From NCBI GenBank assembly GCA_013265495.1, contig MU058444.1:2604001-2668000 (forward strand): a stretch of DNA of 64,000 nt, written 5' to 3'. The stretch comes from Vicugna vicugna. Taxonomy: Eukaryota. The translations under genes and the position numbers were made by a program. The notes below the pieces were generated by a model that saw nothing but the letters and a program-made list of their open reading frames with translations, made no database searches and had not been told where the DNA came from. Shown here piece after piece: positions 50,327-64,000 of this stretch (positions are counted from its first letter, which is position 1; each line of letters begins with the position of its first letter).

Positions 50327-50950
50327 GCTAGTTTTCTGGCCTCGTATCTGGTGGTCATGAGAGGAGAGATGTGTCTTTAGTTTAGTCCTCTGATTTTATC
50401 ACACTTTTTTTTTCATTGGTTCTGAAGTGATCTTCATCTTCTTAAATAATCCACCTATTATTTCGTCGAATGACGGAGACAGCCTTGTCTTCTTGGCATT
50501 GAATACATCGGTAAACAGGTGCGGTGCCCCTGACAGCAGTGCGGTGTGGGACAATCTAAGCTTCTGAAAGCGCTTGAAGTCTTTTCGGGACCTACAGTTT
50601 AAGGACTGAGACTGAGTAGTGGCTGGAGGAGAGAAAACTGGGCTCTCTGGAGACCTGGGCTCCGGTCTCTTCTGTGGAATGGCGACAGTAATTGTAACAC
50701 ACATCCCAGCGGCTTCATAGGGTTGTTATGGTGAAGGTGAGTGCAAACCCTCCAGGGCTGTAAATGCTCACAACTGTCCTTGTGAATAGCAGCTGCTAGA
50801 ATCACAAGCGTCCTGGCTCTCCCTTTGACCTGGGTGGCCTTGGGCAGCAACTCAGTCTCCCGTGAGGACCCGAGTTGGCCTCTTTACTAAACTGTCTGGG
50901 CAAACAGGCCATTTTGCAGCCTTTTGTGTGTTCACTTCATTTCGTCGTCT

Positions 50951-51420
50951 TCTTTTTTTTTTTACTTTTAAAGAAAAAATATTTAATTATTTAATTTATT
51001 TATTGAAGTACAGTCAGTTACAATGTGTCAATTTCTGATGTACGGCACAATGTCCCAGTCATGCATGTACATACATATATTCATTTTCATATTCTTTTTC
51101 ATTAAAGGTTATTACAAGATATTGAATATAGTTCCCTGTACTATGCAGAAGAAACTTGTTTTTTTAAATATACTTTTATATGTATTGGCTAACATTTGCA
51201 AATCTCAGATTCTCCAATTTATCCCTTCCCAACCCCTTTCCCTTCGTAACTATAAGATTGTTGACTATGTGTGCGAGTCTGTTTCTGTTTTGTAGATGAG
51301 TCCGTTAGTGTCTTCTTTTTTTCTTTTTTTAGATTCCACATATGAGTGATATCATATGGTATTTTTCTTTCTCTTTCTGGCTGACTTCAGCTAGGATGAT
51401 CATCTCTAGGTCTATCATTT
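50951..51420 (-). mobile_element. LINE-1 3' fragment
   Basis: L1 3' UTR; DLEMIILAEVSQKEKEKYHMISLICGI. Confidence 0.9.
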
Positions 51421-52134
51421 CATCTATTCTTTCCTCATCTTTTATATTGGGGAGGGAAGGGATAATGTGACTTTTATTATTAGGTTGAAGAGGAGAAAAA
51501 TATCTTGACATTTTGGATATCTTTGTCAAAGTTAGCTGTTTAATATAAAGTCTCTGTGATGCATTTGTTGCTCATTTCGCATGTTGGAATGTGCCATTAT
51601 AATTTTGCTCCTCCAAAAAGGGTTTTTTTTTAACGTCTTCTTTGTTTTGGGTGGACACTCAGTGGGTTACCAGAACACATTTAGGCGTTCAGCCTCTGAC
51701 AATTCTAGGTAAAAGTTCTGAATGCATTTGGTGAGTTGATTTATGGAATGTAGGGTTTTTTTTTTTAAATCCACCAATGTATACCAGAGATGCTCCAGAA
51801 ACTGATGTCATTGCAATTAACTGGAATTCTTTATAAAGAATTTCCTGCCTGACAACTCTAGATATATTTATCATGCTGCTTCTCTTGAAGCACTTTCAAT
51901 TTGCTCACTTGGAGCAAATTTTGTGTGTTGAATGTGGTCGGTTTCTAGGCACTGACTCATTTTCCAAAGATGCGTTCACTTTTTTTTTTTTCCAATTGAC
52001 TTTCTCCTGTCAGTATGTCGTCCAGCTCTTCTTTAAAGGACTGTCAACCCATCATTCGCAGGAAACAGGATTTTTGGCTCATTCCTACAAAAGTAGAATG
52101 AAGTGAGATAATTTGATTTTTTTTGTATATACGT

Positions 52135-52280
52135 ATTTTTATTGAAGTATAGTCAGTTTACAATGTTGTGTCAATTTCTGGTGTACAGCACAGTGCTTCA
52201 GTCATACATGGACACACATATATTTGTTTTCATATTCTTTTTCTCCATAAGTTACTACAAGATATTGAAAATAGTTCCCT
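52135..52280 (-). mobile_element. Short LINE-1 3' tail
   Basis: attgaagtatagtcagtttacaatgttgtgtcaatttctggtgtacagca. Confidence 0.85.
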
Positions 52281-52620
52281 ATGATTTTTAAATGATAAGG
52301 AAATTAAAAAAAAAGGGAACCTCCTGAAACCTAACTAATTTCCAGGCTTGGAACTATTATTATAAGAAGCTTAAATAAACGGGACACCCGGAAACAAAAA
52401 GAAAATCTGCAACTTGCATGGGTTTGAGCAGAATACAGTAAAATTTCCATTTTACTTTAAATATCAAGTAGCTGTAGTGTGAGTCAGTATAAATAAACCA
52501 CAGAGCCAAGGCTTCATGGAGGATGACAGCTATTTCGTGTGGGCAGACAAGTGTTGCAGCATCTCAACACAAAAACTTGGCTGTATGCCCAGGACTCTTT
52601 CTCTGTATTTAGAATTTTGG

Positions 52621-52791
52621 GGGAGGAGGGTGTAGCTCAGCGGTAGAGCCAATGCTTATCATGCACAGGGTCCTGGGTTCAGTCCCCAGTACCTCCATCA
52701 AAAGTAAATAAGTAAACCTAATTACTCCCCCCAAACAAAAAGATCAAAAGAAGAAGAAGGAGAAGGAAAAGGAGAAGGAGAAGAGAATAAT
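52621..52791 (+). mobile_element. tRNA-Ala-derived SINE with a GAAGGA-rich tail
   Basis: A and B boxes; candidate TSD aattttgg on both sides. Confidence 0.88.
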
Positions 52792-53079
52792 AATTTTGGT
52801 GCAAATTCCATCCATGTATCTAGAAAACAAACCCAGAAGCCTACAAAGTCAAGAATAAACAGCTCATTTTACTATAGTTCCAATGACGTCAGCTCTAAAT
52901 TTTCAGTTTTACCTAATCAGACAATCACCTTAACAACTTTTGTAGCCTCAGTTGCTTAGGTGACACACCAAAGTGGCCATTTGTTTAAGATAAAGTCCAA
53001 AGTTAGCTAAATGTACAATAGATAGTGAAAGTTTGACTCAACTACATGGATAATTCACCCCAAAAATGTTCTTCATGAT

Positions 53080-53525
53080 CTAGGCAGATTTCTCCAATGA
53101 AGACATACAGATGGCCAACAGGCACATGAAAAGATGCTCAATATCGCAAATGATCAGAGAAATGCAAATCAAAACTACGATAAGGTATCACCTCACACCA
53201 GTCAGAACGTCCAACATTCAAAAGTCCACAAATGACAAATGCTGGAGAGTCTGTGGAGAAAAGGGAACCCCCCTACACTGCTGGTGGGAATGCAGTTTGG
53301 TGCAATAAACTGTGGAAAACAGTATGGACATTCCCCAAAAGACTAGGAATAGACTTACCATATGACCCAGGAATCCCACTCCTGGACATATATCCAGAAG
53401 GAACCCTACTTCAAAAAGACACCTGCACCCCAATGCTCATAGCAGCACTATTTATAATAGCCAAGCCATGGAAGGAAACTAAATGTCCATTGACAGATTA
53501 TTGGATAAAGAGGATCTGTATGTGT

Positions 53526-53558
<33 letters not shown>

Positions 53559-54031
53559 CACACGCACAGACAATGGAATACTATTCAACCACAAAATAAG
53601 AAAATAATGCTATTTGCAGCAGCATAGATGGACCTAGAGATATATACTAAGTGAGGTAAGTAAGACAGAGAAAGACAAATATCATGTGATATCACTTATA
53701 ATGTGGAATCTTAAAAAAGGACACAAATGAACTTATCCACAAAACAGAAACAGACTCACAGACATAGAGAACACACTTATGGTTACCAGAGGGGAAGAAG
53801 GGGAGGGATAAATTGGGAGTTCAAGACTTCCAGATACACACTACTATGTATGAAATAGATACATAACAAGGTCCCACTGTACAGCACAGGAAACATATTC
53901 AATATCTTGTAATAACCAATAAACAGAATATGAAAAAGAATATGTATCTATATACGTATATATATAAGACTGAATCATTATGCTATACACCAGAAACTAA
54001 CACAACATTGTAAATCAACCATACTGCAATA
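53080..54031 (+). mobile_element. 5'-truncated LINE-1 with TSD and internal (CA)n
   Basis: [30 protein letters not shown]...[18 protein letters not shown] (ORF2 Cys-rich end). TSD aaaaatgttcttc at 53062-53074 and 54032-54044. Confidence 0.95.
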
Positions 54032-54577
54032 AAAAATGTTCTTCGTAAACTGTGGAGGAAAGGGGTAATTTGTTGTTGTTTTATTATGGGGTTACCTGCC
54101 CCCGTCTTCCTCTTCACTGCAGGTGTATATGTAACCACTATTAGAATAACACTTTGTAGGGTAAAAACAATTTATCCTGCCAAAGCTTCTCCGTTTGCCA
54201 GTTCAAAACTTCTCTCTTTGATTTTTGATTGATGCAGAATTGAAGCCAATCTCTTTAAGTGTCAATGTTTGCATTTGTGGAGCGGGTATAACAACACCTC
54301 GAACATAATATAAAACTGTTGCTACAATTAGTGGAGTGACGCCAATCACTTAACACAGGGCCTGGCATATAGTAAATGCTCGATAAATATTAACTATTTG
54401 TACTTCTACCATTAAAGATGTGATCTTGGAAGTCATTAAATCTTTTACAGCCTAGTTCTTTAGCTATGAAAAAAGATGTTTTCAGTCTGGAAATGCTTTT
54501 AAAATACACTACGTCCACATGCAAAGTGAAGTATAGAATTTGAGCCATTACCCTCATTAATTAATCAAGACAATTTT

Positions 54578-54897
54578 TAAAAAAGTTTTTTTAAAAAACT
54601 TAAGTATGGTCAGTTACAGTATGTCAATCTCTAGTGTACAGCATCATATTTCAATCACACATATACATACATAGATTCCTTTTCATATTCTTTTTCATTA
54701 TAGATTACTACAAGGTACTGAATACAGTTCCCTGTGCTATACAGAAGAAATCTGATTTCTTATCTATTTTATATATAGTAGTTAACATTTGCGAATCTCG
54801 AACTCCCAATTTATCCCTTCCCACCCCCTTAGACCCCTGGTAACCACAGGATTGTTTACTAGAGTCTGCTTCTGTTTTGTAGATCAGTACATCAGTG
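54578..54897 (-). mobile_element. LINE-1 3' terminal fragment
   Basis: L1 3' UTR reverse complement (gaatacagttccctgtgctatacagaaga...). Confidence 0.88.
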
Positions 54898-54907
54898 CAA
54901 GACACTT

Positions 54908-55046
54908 TTTTAGGGAGGGAGGTAATCAGGTTTGTTTGTTTGTTTGTTTGTTTATTTATTATTTTTTAATGAAGGCACTGGGGATGGAACCCAGGACCTC
55001 GTGCGTGCTAGGCACGTGCTCTACCATTGAGCTCTACCCATCCCTC
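54908..55046 (-). mobile_element. tRNA-Ala-derived SINE with TSD
   Basis: TSD caagacactt at 54898-54907 and 55047-55056. Confidence 0.9.
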
Positions 55047-56075
55047 CAAGACACTTCTTTGACCTTAGTGATCGATATATGCTTTGGAGAACAGCTTGAT
55101 GAATAAAGGTTTACTTTGCTTGTATACTATTTTTATTACCGTATTGCCAGTTTTTTTTTTTTTTGGTATTCAGTATTTACTAGGATGTGATAGAATTTGG
55201 GTGCAAATGGCTTTTCTGGGGAGGTGGTCCCCGCACGCATGATCAGGGAGGGATGCCGTCCAGGGCAGCCTGGTGAGTAGGTCACTGCAGCAGGCGGGTG
55301 GGCTCAGCCCCACAGGGTTCCTCTGAGAGACGGTGTGAAACCTGTGGGTTCCGAGCAGCCTCATCCATCCAGCCCAGCACTGGGCACATCTCATCATGTC
55401 CCTGGAGGGTACCACATACAGAAGTTTGGGAAGCACTGCCGTGAAGTATAGTTGAGGGAAATGAAGAGCCCTATCCGGGAGGGTGGAAGATGTGAGTTAA
55501 GTGCGGGGGTGGGTGAGAAGGTGTCAGGTCGGAAGTTGGAGGCTTATGGTCTTTGGATACTTGGAAACCTATCTGGGAAAGAGAAATTGAGGTAAAAACA
55601 GTGTCAATGGGTGGAAAACGCAGCGAGGTAAATTATAAGTTCCTATCAGAGCCGTCTCCAAGTGAAACGGATCACTCGTGAAGAACGGTGTGTGAGCTCA
55701 TTTAATTCTATAGCAATCTTGGCCTTTGGCATCTTTACTTTCTCCCTCAACCCCCAATCAAACCATCTTATAGATGAGAAAAGGGACCTTCCAGAGGCTT
55801 GTTATTCACCCAAAGTCACCAAGCCAGTAACGCAAGGGCACAGATTAGGACTTGGATTTGTTTGATGTAAGAGCCCATTCACTTTCCTTCCTTTCAATGA
55901 AGCTTGTCCTCTCTCCCACGAGGCGTTCAGGCAGAGACCGGTCGACGACCTGGACATTCGGAGGGGCTCCTCCACCGTGGAAAGGAACCAGATGACTTCC
56001 AAGCTTTCTGCCATGAATGAGTCCGTGATACGTGAAACAGCTGTCACAAGCCGAGCCCTCAATATTCCTTCCTTT

Positions 56076-56647
<572 letters not shown>

Positions 56648-57788
56648 TTAAATTGAGAATTTAAGTTCATTAATTTTCATAGACATTGAATATTTTTTAA
56701 TTACCTTTGATATTTTTGAATTACCTTTGATTTGATCCTAATAAAACTTGTTTGCTGAGTTGTTGAAAGCATTCTTTATTAGCATCTCTTTTTAATTAGA
56801 CTGAAATATGCTGTGTGAATCAGCTTAGGGAAGCAGAGGGGATTCCAAAGAATCAAGCAAAAAAAGGTTGTAAATTAGTAAAGGCTGCAGGGGTAAGTCC
56901 AGATGTAGAAAACGCAGAAGGACAGATGACACGGAACCGTGTCCCAGGAAGGAAGTGACAGACACACAGCCTGTTGGGAAGAGAAACACTGAGCTGCAGG
57001 ACTTAGGGGCAGAAGCACCATCCTGTTAGTCTACTGGGTGTTGTTTGGCGTTAGAAGGATGACGGCTCTTGTTTCTGGCTTTGCAGTTTAAGTGGGATGG
57101 ATTTAGAAGAGCCCCACGAACGTTGTTTAAGTGTTGAGGTGGGTGGAAGGCTCTATGAATCACGTAGGTTGTCACTCAGTCCCCAGAAGCAGGGAGAGGA
57201 GGCGTCTACAGTCAACTCTGCTTCGGTCTCAAGAAACTGCTTTATTACTGTTTCCTTCCAGGCCCGCTAGGTGGTGCTCAAATTACTGCACAGAATTCCA
57301 TGACCTCTAGCAGGATACAAAGATGTTAACCCTTAGAACCCAAGGCAGACGGTATTCTTCGATTTGAGCTCATATGAAGATCTCGTATATCGAGAGGACC
57401 ACCAAGACTTTCAAAATATTGTGTGATATAAAAATATCTATGTACAGAAGTTGAAAAAAATGCTACCTCAGAGTCAAGGTTAGCATTGTTGGTGGAAGTG
57501 GATTTCGTTCAATATTTTTTCTATTAAGCTTCTGTTACACTAGGTTCTGGGGCATTTATGAAGATTTTAATTTATTTTTTTTATCTTTTGGCTACGAACA
57601 CTGTTAAGAAGTTGTTCTTCCTCATTTGTACATAGTTTTTCAATGTCACCTCCAAAATGGATAAACTACGGATCAATAATTCTACCATATGCAATGATTT
57701 GGAGGAAAAAGAGAAAAAGGCAAGCAGAATGAAATACCAATTGTGGGATCAAGAAAATAAGACTAGAGGTAAAAGCAGATAGTGTTAC

Positions 57789-58335
57789 TGTTACCGAGTC
57801 CAAAGTTCATGCTGCTTGCCCCTCGGCTGACGGCTGACCGATACATTGAGAGACGAGGTCTTTAGGCAAGGAATAGCGACTTTGTTCAGAAAGTCAGCGG
57901 ACTGAGAAGATGGTGGACTAGTGTCCAAAGAACCATCTTGCCTGAGTTAGAGTTCAGGCTTCTTTTATATGAAAAGGGGACAGAGTGTGGCTTGTTGTTG
58001 CAAACTTCTTGGTGCTGGCCAGCCCCCGGAGGGGATGTGGTAATCCTTTATTCTTGCAGCTTTCCACATTGATACGATCATGATGTTCCTGGAATCCTCC
58101 AGCAAGACAAATGTTACTCCCTGTTCTGCAACTTTTTATCTCTATGTGAATGAAAACTCTCACACTTTAAAAGGTCAAGCCTGGGTGGCAGAGCCTTGAA
58201 AATGGGCTCTCCTGTCTATTTCAGGCTGTAGGCAACATTCCTTTACAAAGGTGCAGAACCAGCATGGCTGAGCACAAAGATTAGCATTAATGAAACAGAT
58301 CCAATATGGAGTCAGGTTTGTTCTTCTCTGTTACA
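57789..58335 (-). mobile_element. ERV1-type solo LTR (547 bp)
   Basis: TGTTAC...GTTACA termini; flanks TTAC/TCAC; minus-strand TATAAAA near 57963-57969. Confidence 0.75.
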
Positions 58336-59309
58336 TCACTGCTGGATGGTTTCAGACTACCTGAAGCACAATTGTACAATAATTTTTTTCCCTCTCAAAC
58401 CCAGCCCTGAATCAATCCAGATACTTGCTTTCTCTAGTCCTACACTTGAACTGCCAGTTTGGTGCCATGAAGATGTCAGAGTTTTGTACAGAGGGCTGGA
58501 GTTCTGGAAAGATGGCAGCTTGAATGCGTTCCTCCTCACTGTTGCTGCCAGCTCAGCACAGCGCCCTCTCTGAGCCACTATATATATACACACATACATA
58601 CATACATATATGTATTTTAAAAAAGGGATAGTGGCAACTGTCAGGAAGAGAAAAGCATGCTGTGAGGTCAGAGCGTGAGCTGGGAAAGTCAGATGAACCA
58701 GAAAAGATGAGAAGGCACCCTTTCAAATGGAGCAGATTCACACTCGACATACATTTGTTAACTTATGTGCTCTGCACTGTTTCAGGACACAGCAGAGGAC
58801 AAAACAGCCAAAAATGTACCCTCATGGGGCCAAGGTGTCACAGGTCAATTTGTTCTGTGTCCAACCTGCTTGAGTGTGAACGTCCCAGCGAGGCACCCAA
58901 AAGGGGAGGGAGATTTGTTCATTTTGCAAATATGTACTGACCATTTCAGAGACTGCCCAGAATTTTGCTGGGTGCTGGGGTTGGGGTAGGGTGGAGCGCA
59001 TCCTGGCTTTGTAGAGCCCATGATTCATGGGGGAGAGCCACGTATGCACTCACACATTTGCAGCTCAGTGTGTGGGTAGAACACGCAAGGGGCCCTGGGG
59101 ACCCAGAGGCTGTGGGGCTGTCGGGAGTCAGCTGCTGCCTGGAAATAGAGTTGGTGATCTTGCAGAATCGTGATGGGAACTGAGTCAGCATCAGGTAGTT
59201 CATTAGCGTGGGTTTAAGATTCTGCCGGTGGAGCAGATACCTAAGGTTAGCTGACCCTGTGTCTGCTCTCCCAGCACCATTGCCTCAGGACATTTTAATT
59301 TTTCTCTCT

Positions 59310-61725
59310 CTCTCTCTTCCAGTTTATTGGCATGCAGGACTGTATCAATTTAAGATGTATGGCATAATGATCTGACTTACATACATCACGAAATGAGGAC
59401 CATAATAGGTTCAGTGAACATCCATCACCTCATATAAATATAATATTGAATGAGATGCAGTGAGAATCTGAGATCTGCTCTCCTGACAACTTTCGTATAT
59501 AACATGCAGCAGTGTTGGTTATATTTATCATGTTGTACTTGACACTTACTTATCTTATAACTGGGAGTTTGTGTCTTTGATTGCCTTCCTCCAATTCCCA
59601 CTCCCCCTACCCTTTGCCTCTGGTAACCACAAATCTCATCTCTTTTCCTATGAGTTTGTTTGTTTTTGAAGTGCAATTGACTCACAACACCATGTTAGTT
59701 CCTGTTACACAACAGTGATTCGGTACTTCTGTACATTACAAAATGATCACTATGATAAGTTACCATCTGTCAACATACAAAATTATGTGTATTACATAAT
59801 TATGGACTATATTTCCCACACTGTACATTTCATCCTTTTTGAAAAGGATGACTCATTTATTTTGCAACTGGAAGGTTGAACCTCGTAATCTCCCTCAACG
59901 ATTTCTCTCCTTTCCTCTGCTCCCTGCTTTCTGGCAACCACCTGTTTGTTCTCTGTATCTATGATTCTGTTTCTATTTAGTTACGTTTGTTCATTTGTTT
60001 GGTTTTTAGATTCCACGTATAGGTGAAATCATATGGCATTTGTCTTTCTCTGCTTGGCTTATTTCACTTAGCATAGTACCTGTAGGTCCACCCATCTTGT
60101 TGCAAATTGGCAAGATTTCATTATTTTTTATGGCTGAGTAATATCCCATTGTATATATGTGCCACATCTTTATCCATTCATCTATTAATGGGCACTTGGT
60201 TGCTTCCATATCTTGGCTGTTGTAAATAATGCTGCAGTGGACATAGGGGTGCATATATATTTTCAAATTAGTGTTTCTGTTTTCTCAAGATAGATAGACT
60301 GAAGTGGGATTGCTGGATCATATGGTGGCTCTATTTTTAATTTTTGGAGGAATCTCCATACTGTTTTCCATAGTGGTGGCACCAATTTACATTCCCACCA
60401 ACAGTGTACAAGGTGCCTTTTCTCCACATCCTCATCAACACTTGTTATTTCTTGTCTTTTTGATAATAGCCATTCTGACAGGTGTGAGGTGGTATCTCAC
60501 TGAGATTTAGATTTGCATTTCCCTGATGATTAGTGATGTCGAGCATCTTTTCATGTCTGTTGGCCATCTATATGTCTTCTGTGGGAAAATGTCTATTCAG
60601 GTCCTCTGCCCATTTTTTTTTGATGTTGAGTTATGTGTTATCTTTGTATATGCTGGATATTAACTTCTTAAAAGTTAATAAACCAGATATATGGTTTGCA
60701 ACTATCTTCTCTCATTCAGTAGGCTGCTTTTTTGTTTGTTGATATATTCCTCTACTGTGTAGAAACTTTTTGGTTTGATGTAGTTCGTTTGTTTATTTCT
60801 GTTTTTGTTTCCCATGATAGAGGAGACATATCCAAAAAAAATCACTAAGACCAACATCAAAGAACATACTGCCTATGTCTTCTTCTAAGAATTTTATGGT
60901 TTCAGGTCTTACATTTAAGTCTTTAATCCATTTTGAGTTTATTTTTGTATATGGTGTAAGAGAGTAGTCTAGTTTGAATCTTTTGCATGTAGCTGTTCAG
61001 TTTTTACAACATCATTTATTGAAAAGATTGTTTTTGCCCATTGTATATTCTTGCCTGCTTTGTCATAGATTAATTAACCACAGAAGTGTGGGTTCATTTC
61101 TGGGCTCTCTAGTCTGTTCCATTGAGCTGTGTGTCTGTTTTTGTGCCAGTACCATACTGTTTTGATGACTGTAGCTTTGTAGTATGGTTTGAAATCAGGG
61201 AACACGATACCTCCACTTTTGTTCTTCTTTCTTATGATTGTATTGGCTATTTGAGGACTTCTGTGTTTCAATACAAATTTTAGAATTATTTGTTCTAGTT
61301 CTGTGAAAAATTCCATTTGTATTTTGATAGGGATTGCATTGAATCTGTAGATTGCCTTGGATTGTATGGTCATTTTTATTATTCTCTCAATATTTATTCT
61401 CCCAATCCATGAGCACAGTATATCTTTCCATCTGTTTGTGTCATTTTCAATTTCTTTAATCAGTGTCAGTTTTCTGAGTACAGGTCTTTTACCTCCTTAG
61501 TTAGATTTATTCCCAGGTATTTTATTCTAATGGATGCAACTGTAAATGGGATTGTTTCCTTTATTTCTCCCTTATAATTCATTGTTAGCATATAGAAATG
61601 CAACAGATGTCTGTATATTAATTTTGTATCATGCAACTTTATTGAATTCATTGATGAGTTTTTAGGTAACAAATTTAGGATTTTCTATGTATATATCATA
61701 CCATCTGCAAACTGTGACAGTTTTT
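59310..61725 (-). mobile_element. LINE-1 3' ~2.4 kb remnant
   Basis: ORFs 61074..61373 ([20 protein letters not shown]...[18 protein letters not shown]) and 61466..61672 ([19 protein letters not shown]). Confidence 0.95.
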
Positions 61726-62168
61726 CCACACATTTGTATTATTTTGAATGCAAGCTATTAGTATTGACAGATATTTTATAAAGTCAACTCTTTATATTCT
61801 AATTTGTAACTTTAATGTTTTGACAGGAGCCATGTCCTAAAATGTCTCATTAACAAAATCACATAAGTATCCATGACATCCTGAGGGATACAATATAATA
61901 TTAAATAGGACACAATGTACCTATGTTATTTTTTTCTTTATGTTCTCCAAGGTTTGAAGGGTACTGCAGGGAGAAGCGGAGCTGTAGATAAGGGAGTGTC
62001 TTCAGCCAGGAAAGGATCCATGAAGTGGGTGGGAAAGGGTATCAGAATTTAGGGTAGGAAGAGGAGGCCCTCATTGTGAACCAAGAGTCAGACCTGAAGG
62101 CCCCTTTTATTGCCAGGTGCGTGTGGGGGACTGTGCTGGGTCCCCAGGCAGGGCCTGATACATGCATT

Positions 62169-62217
62169 ACAGACGGTAACAGACGGTTACAGATGGTAAC
62201 AGACGGTACAGACGGTT
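62169..62217. repeat. 10-bp tandem repeat (ACAGACGGTW) x5
   Basis: acagacggta acagacggtt acagatggta acagacggt acagacggtt. Confidence 0.9.
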
Positions 62218-62369
62218 GTGACTGCCTGTCGCGTTTGTTCTGCTGCCCAGAAGGGTTAAATTATCATCTGTGAAACCTAACGCCAACTCACTGAAGCCAC
62301 AGTACTAGACTTTTAGCTTCCAGAATGGTTTAAAATCTTTCAAGTCCCGTCTCAAGAAGAACTTGACTA

Positions 62370-62500
62370 GGGAGGTATATCTCAGTGGCAGAGGGCATGC
62401 TTAGCATGTACAAGGTCCTGGGTTCAATCCCCAGTACCTCCATCGAGTAAATAAACCTAATTACTTCCCTCTTCCAAAACAGAAAAAAACGAGAAAAGAG
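62370..62500 (+). mobile_element. tRNA-Ala-derived SINE
   Basis: ggtatatctcagtggcagagggcatgcttagcatgtacaaggtcctgggttcaatccccagtacctcca, tail aaacctaattac. Confidence 0.9.
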
Positions 62501-63361
62501 GAAGGACTGGAACTTGTAAAGATTTTTATATGGGGGAAACCACATGTTAGGGCTGGAAAATCTTACTGCTTCCTTGACTGGTTTTTTCTCTCTCTGTCTC
62601 TCTAACTTCTGGAAACTGCATTCCCTAGGTCTGGGAGGAAAAGTTAATCTCCGCTTCTCTCCTCTGCAATTTCCAGAGAGAGTAGTTGGCTTTTAAGCTG
62701 TAGGGAAACAGTTTAGGGAAATACTGGAGAACTTTCTGTCAGCATTTTGAACACGGAAACCTTTTGTGGGTGAGTAACTGCAGTGCCCTTAGGAGAATTT
62801 CCAGGAATTTGTGACTGTTTGATTCACCTACCCCAGGCAAGATGCAGTCATCCCCTTTCTGGAGAACTATATGACTAGACAGAGGTAAATTTCTCTTCGC
62901 ACATAGGGACTTAGGGGAAGATGGGGTGGGCTCAAGGGGAAGTAATGAATATGATGAATGAAATTAGCATCATTCAAAAAAATGTTTGAGGCTGGACTCA
63001 GTGCCAGGCCTGTGCTGAGCTCCAAAGTGGACAGTGACACAGAGCTGTGTCCTCAGGGAGCTGGCCGACAAGTGGGTGAGACATTTCCATGTGCAGCTGG
63101 AGCTGACTGGGAGTCAGGGAAGGTCTGAGCTGAATCCCGAGGGAGGGGTCCTTGATCAAGGGAAGGCATGGGGAAAGGGCATTCACACTGCAGACCGTGC
63201 TATACACACGAGGTGGGCTGGGGCCTGCGGGTGGCTCAGGATGACCAGCAAGGAAGCAGAAGATGAGCTGAAGAGGGAGGCAGAGCCCAGCTGTCATGAG
63301 GTCCCTCATCCTCTGCCCTGAGACAGCCCTCATCTTCTCCAGGGAGATGGCGGGGTGAGGG

Positions 63362-63399
63362 NNNNNNNNNNNNNNNNNNNNNNNNNNNNNNNNNNNNNN
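63362..63399. other. Assembly gap (38 N) in a G-rich tract
   Basis: Run of n flanked by G runs. Confidence 1.
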
Positions 63400-64000
63400 G
63401 TGGGGGTGGGGGGAGGTCCTGGGTGAGACGGTGAGCTTTCGCAAGGCTTCATTTCTTTCATATTTATATTTTCTCTTACGAAATTAAAAAATTCTCATTG
63501 GAGAAAAGTTGAAAGTGAGCAATGTGGAAAGAGAAATGCAAAATCTTGAATCCGACCACACAGATAACAGTCGCTGTCTGTTTTGGTGTATTTGGTACGT
63601 AACTTTGGACATGTCTGTGATCATTTTTTAGATAAAGTGATGTTTTCCCGTTTTCCTTAATATGAATTCCAGGACACATCCTTGCTTTCTATTCTTTTTA
63701 GTAATACAATTAAAAATGTGAAATTGTGTTAGAGTCATAGATGATTTCTGAGGGCCGCGCAAGGGTTCTGGCGCGTCCTTCACCCAGCTCTTCCCAACAT
63801 TAGCATTTTTATTTCAATCCCTCACTCATCTCTCCATCAACATGTATTTACCTCCCTCATATTTCCACTAAGTTTTCTAAAATGACTGATAACTAAACTG
63901 GAACACTGGCCTGTAGAACTGTGGATGTTCCCAGCCTGAAACATCATTGTCCTGGGACAGGGGTCTCCTGGAGTCACCACACACCCACCTGGAGGAGCGG

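Noticed and set aside
62998..63444. 148-aa minus-strand ORF
   Set aside because: Crosses an N gap, has no convincing start and no recognisable homology.

Overview
Mammalian genomic DNA, very probably a camelid, judged from about 15 copies of a tRNA-Ala-derived SINE with an AAACCTAATTACC tail resembling the Camelidae vic-1 family. The left third holds the 5' part of RAB23 on the minus strand: four coding exons (aa 1-161) with GT-AG junctions and correct phase, plus a CpG-island promoter at about 19.7-20.8 kb whose centre is a 260-N gap. The 3' coding exons lie left of the window. The remaining ~43 kb is repeat-rich intergenic DNA: LINE-1 fragments, SINEs, ERV1-type solo LTRs, MLT/MER/MIR/L2 relics and one full-length processed RPL23A pseudogene. 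I found no evidence of a new gene system; nearly all ORFs in the track are LINE-1 remnants, antisense shadows or GC-rich noise. The most unusual signals are retrotransposition architectures (an insertion carrying an inverted copy of its own target site, a solo LTR inside a SINE, two triplicated target sites, a tailless L1 fragment with a long TSD) and an extreme GC3 spike in one RAB23 exon. Repeat family names come from recall of consensus sequences and their boundaries are approximate unless a TSD is quoted.
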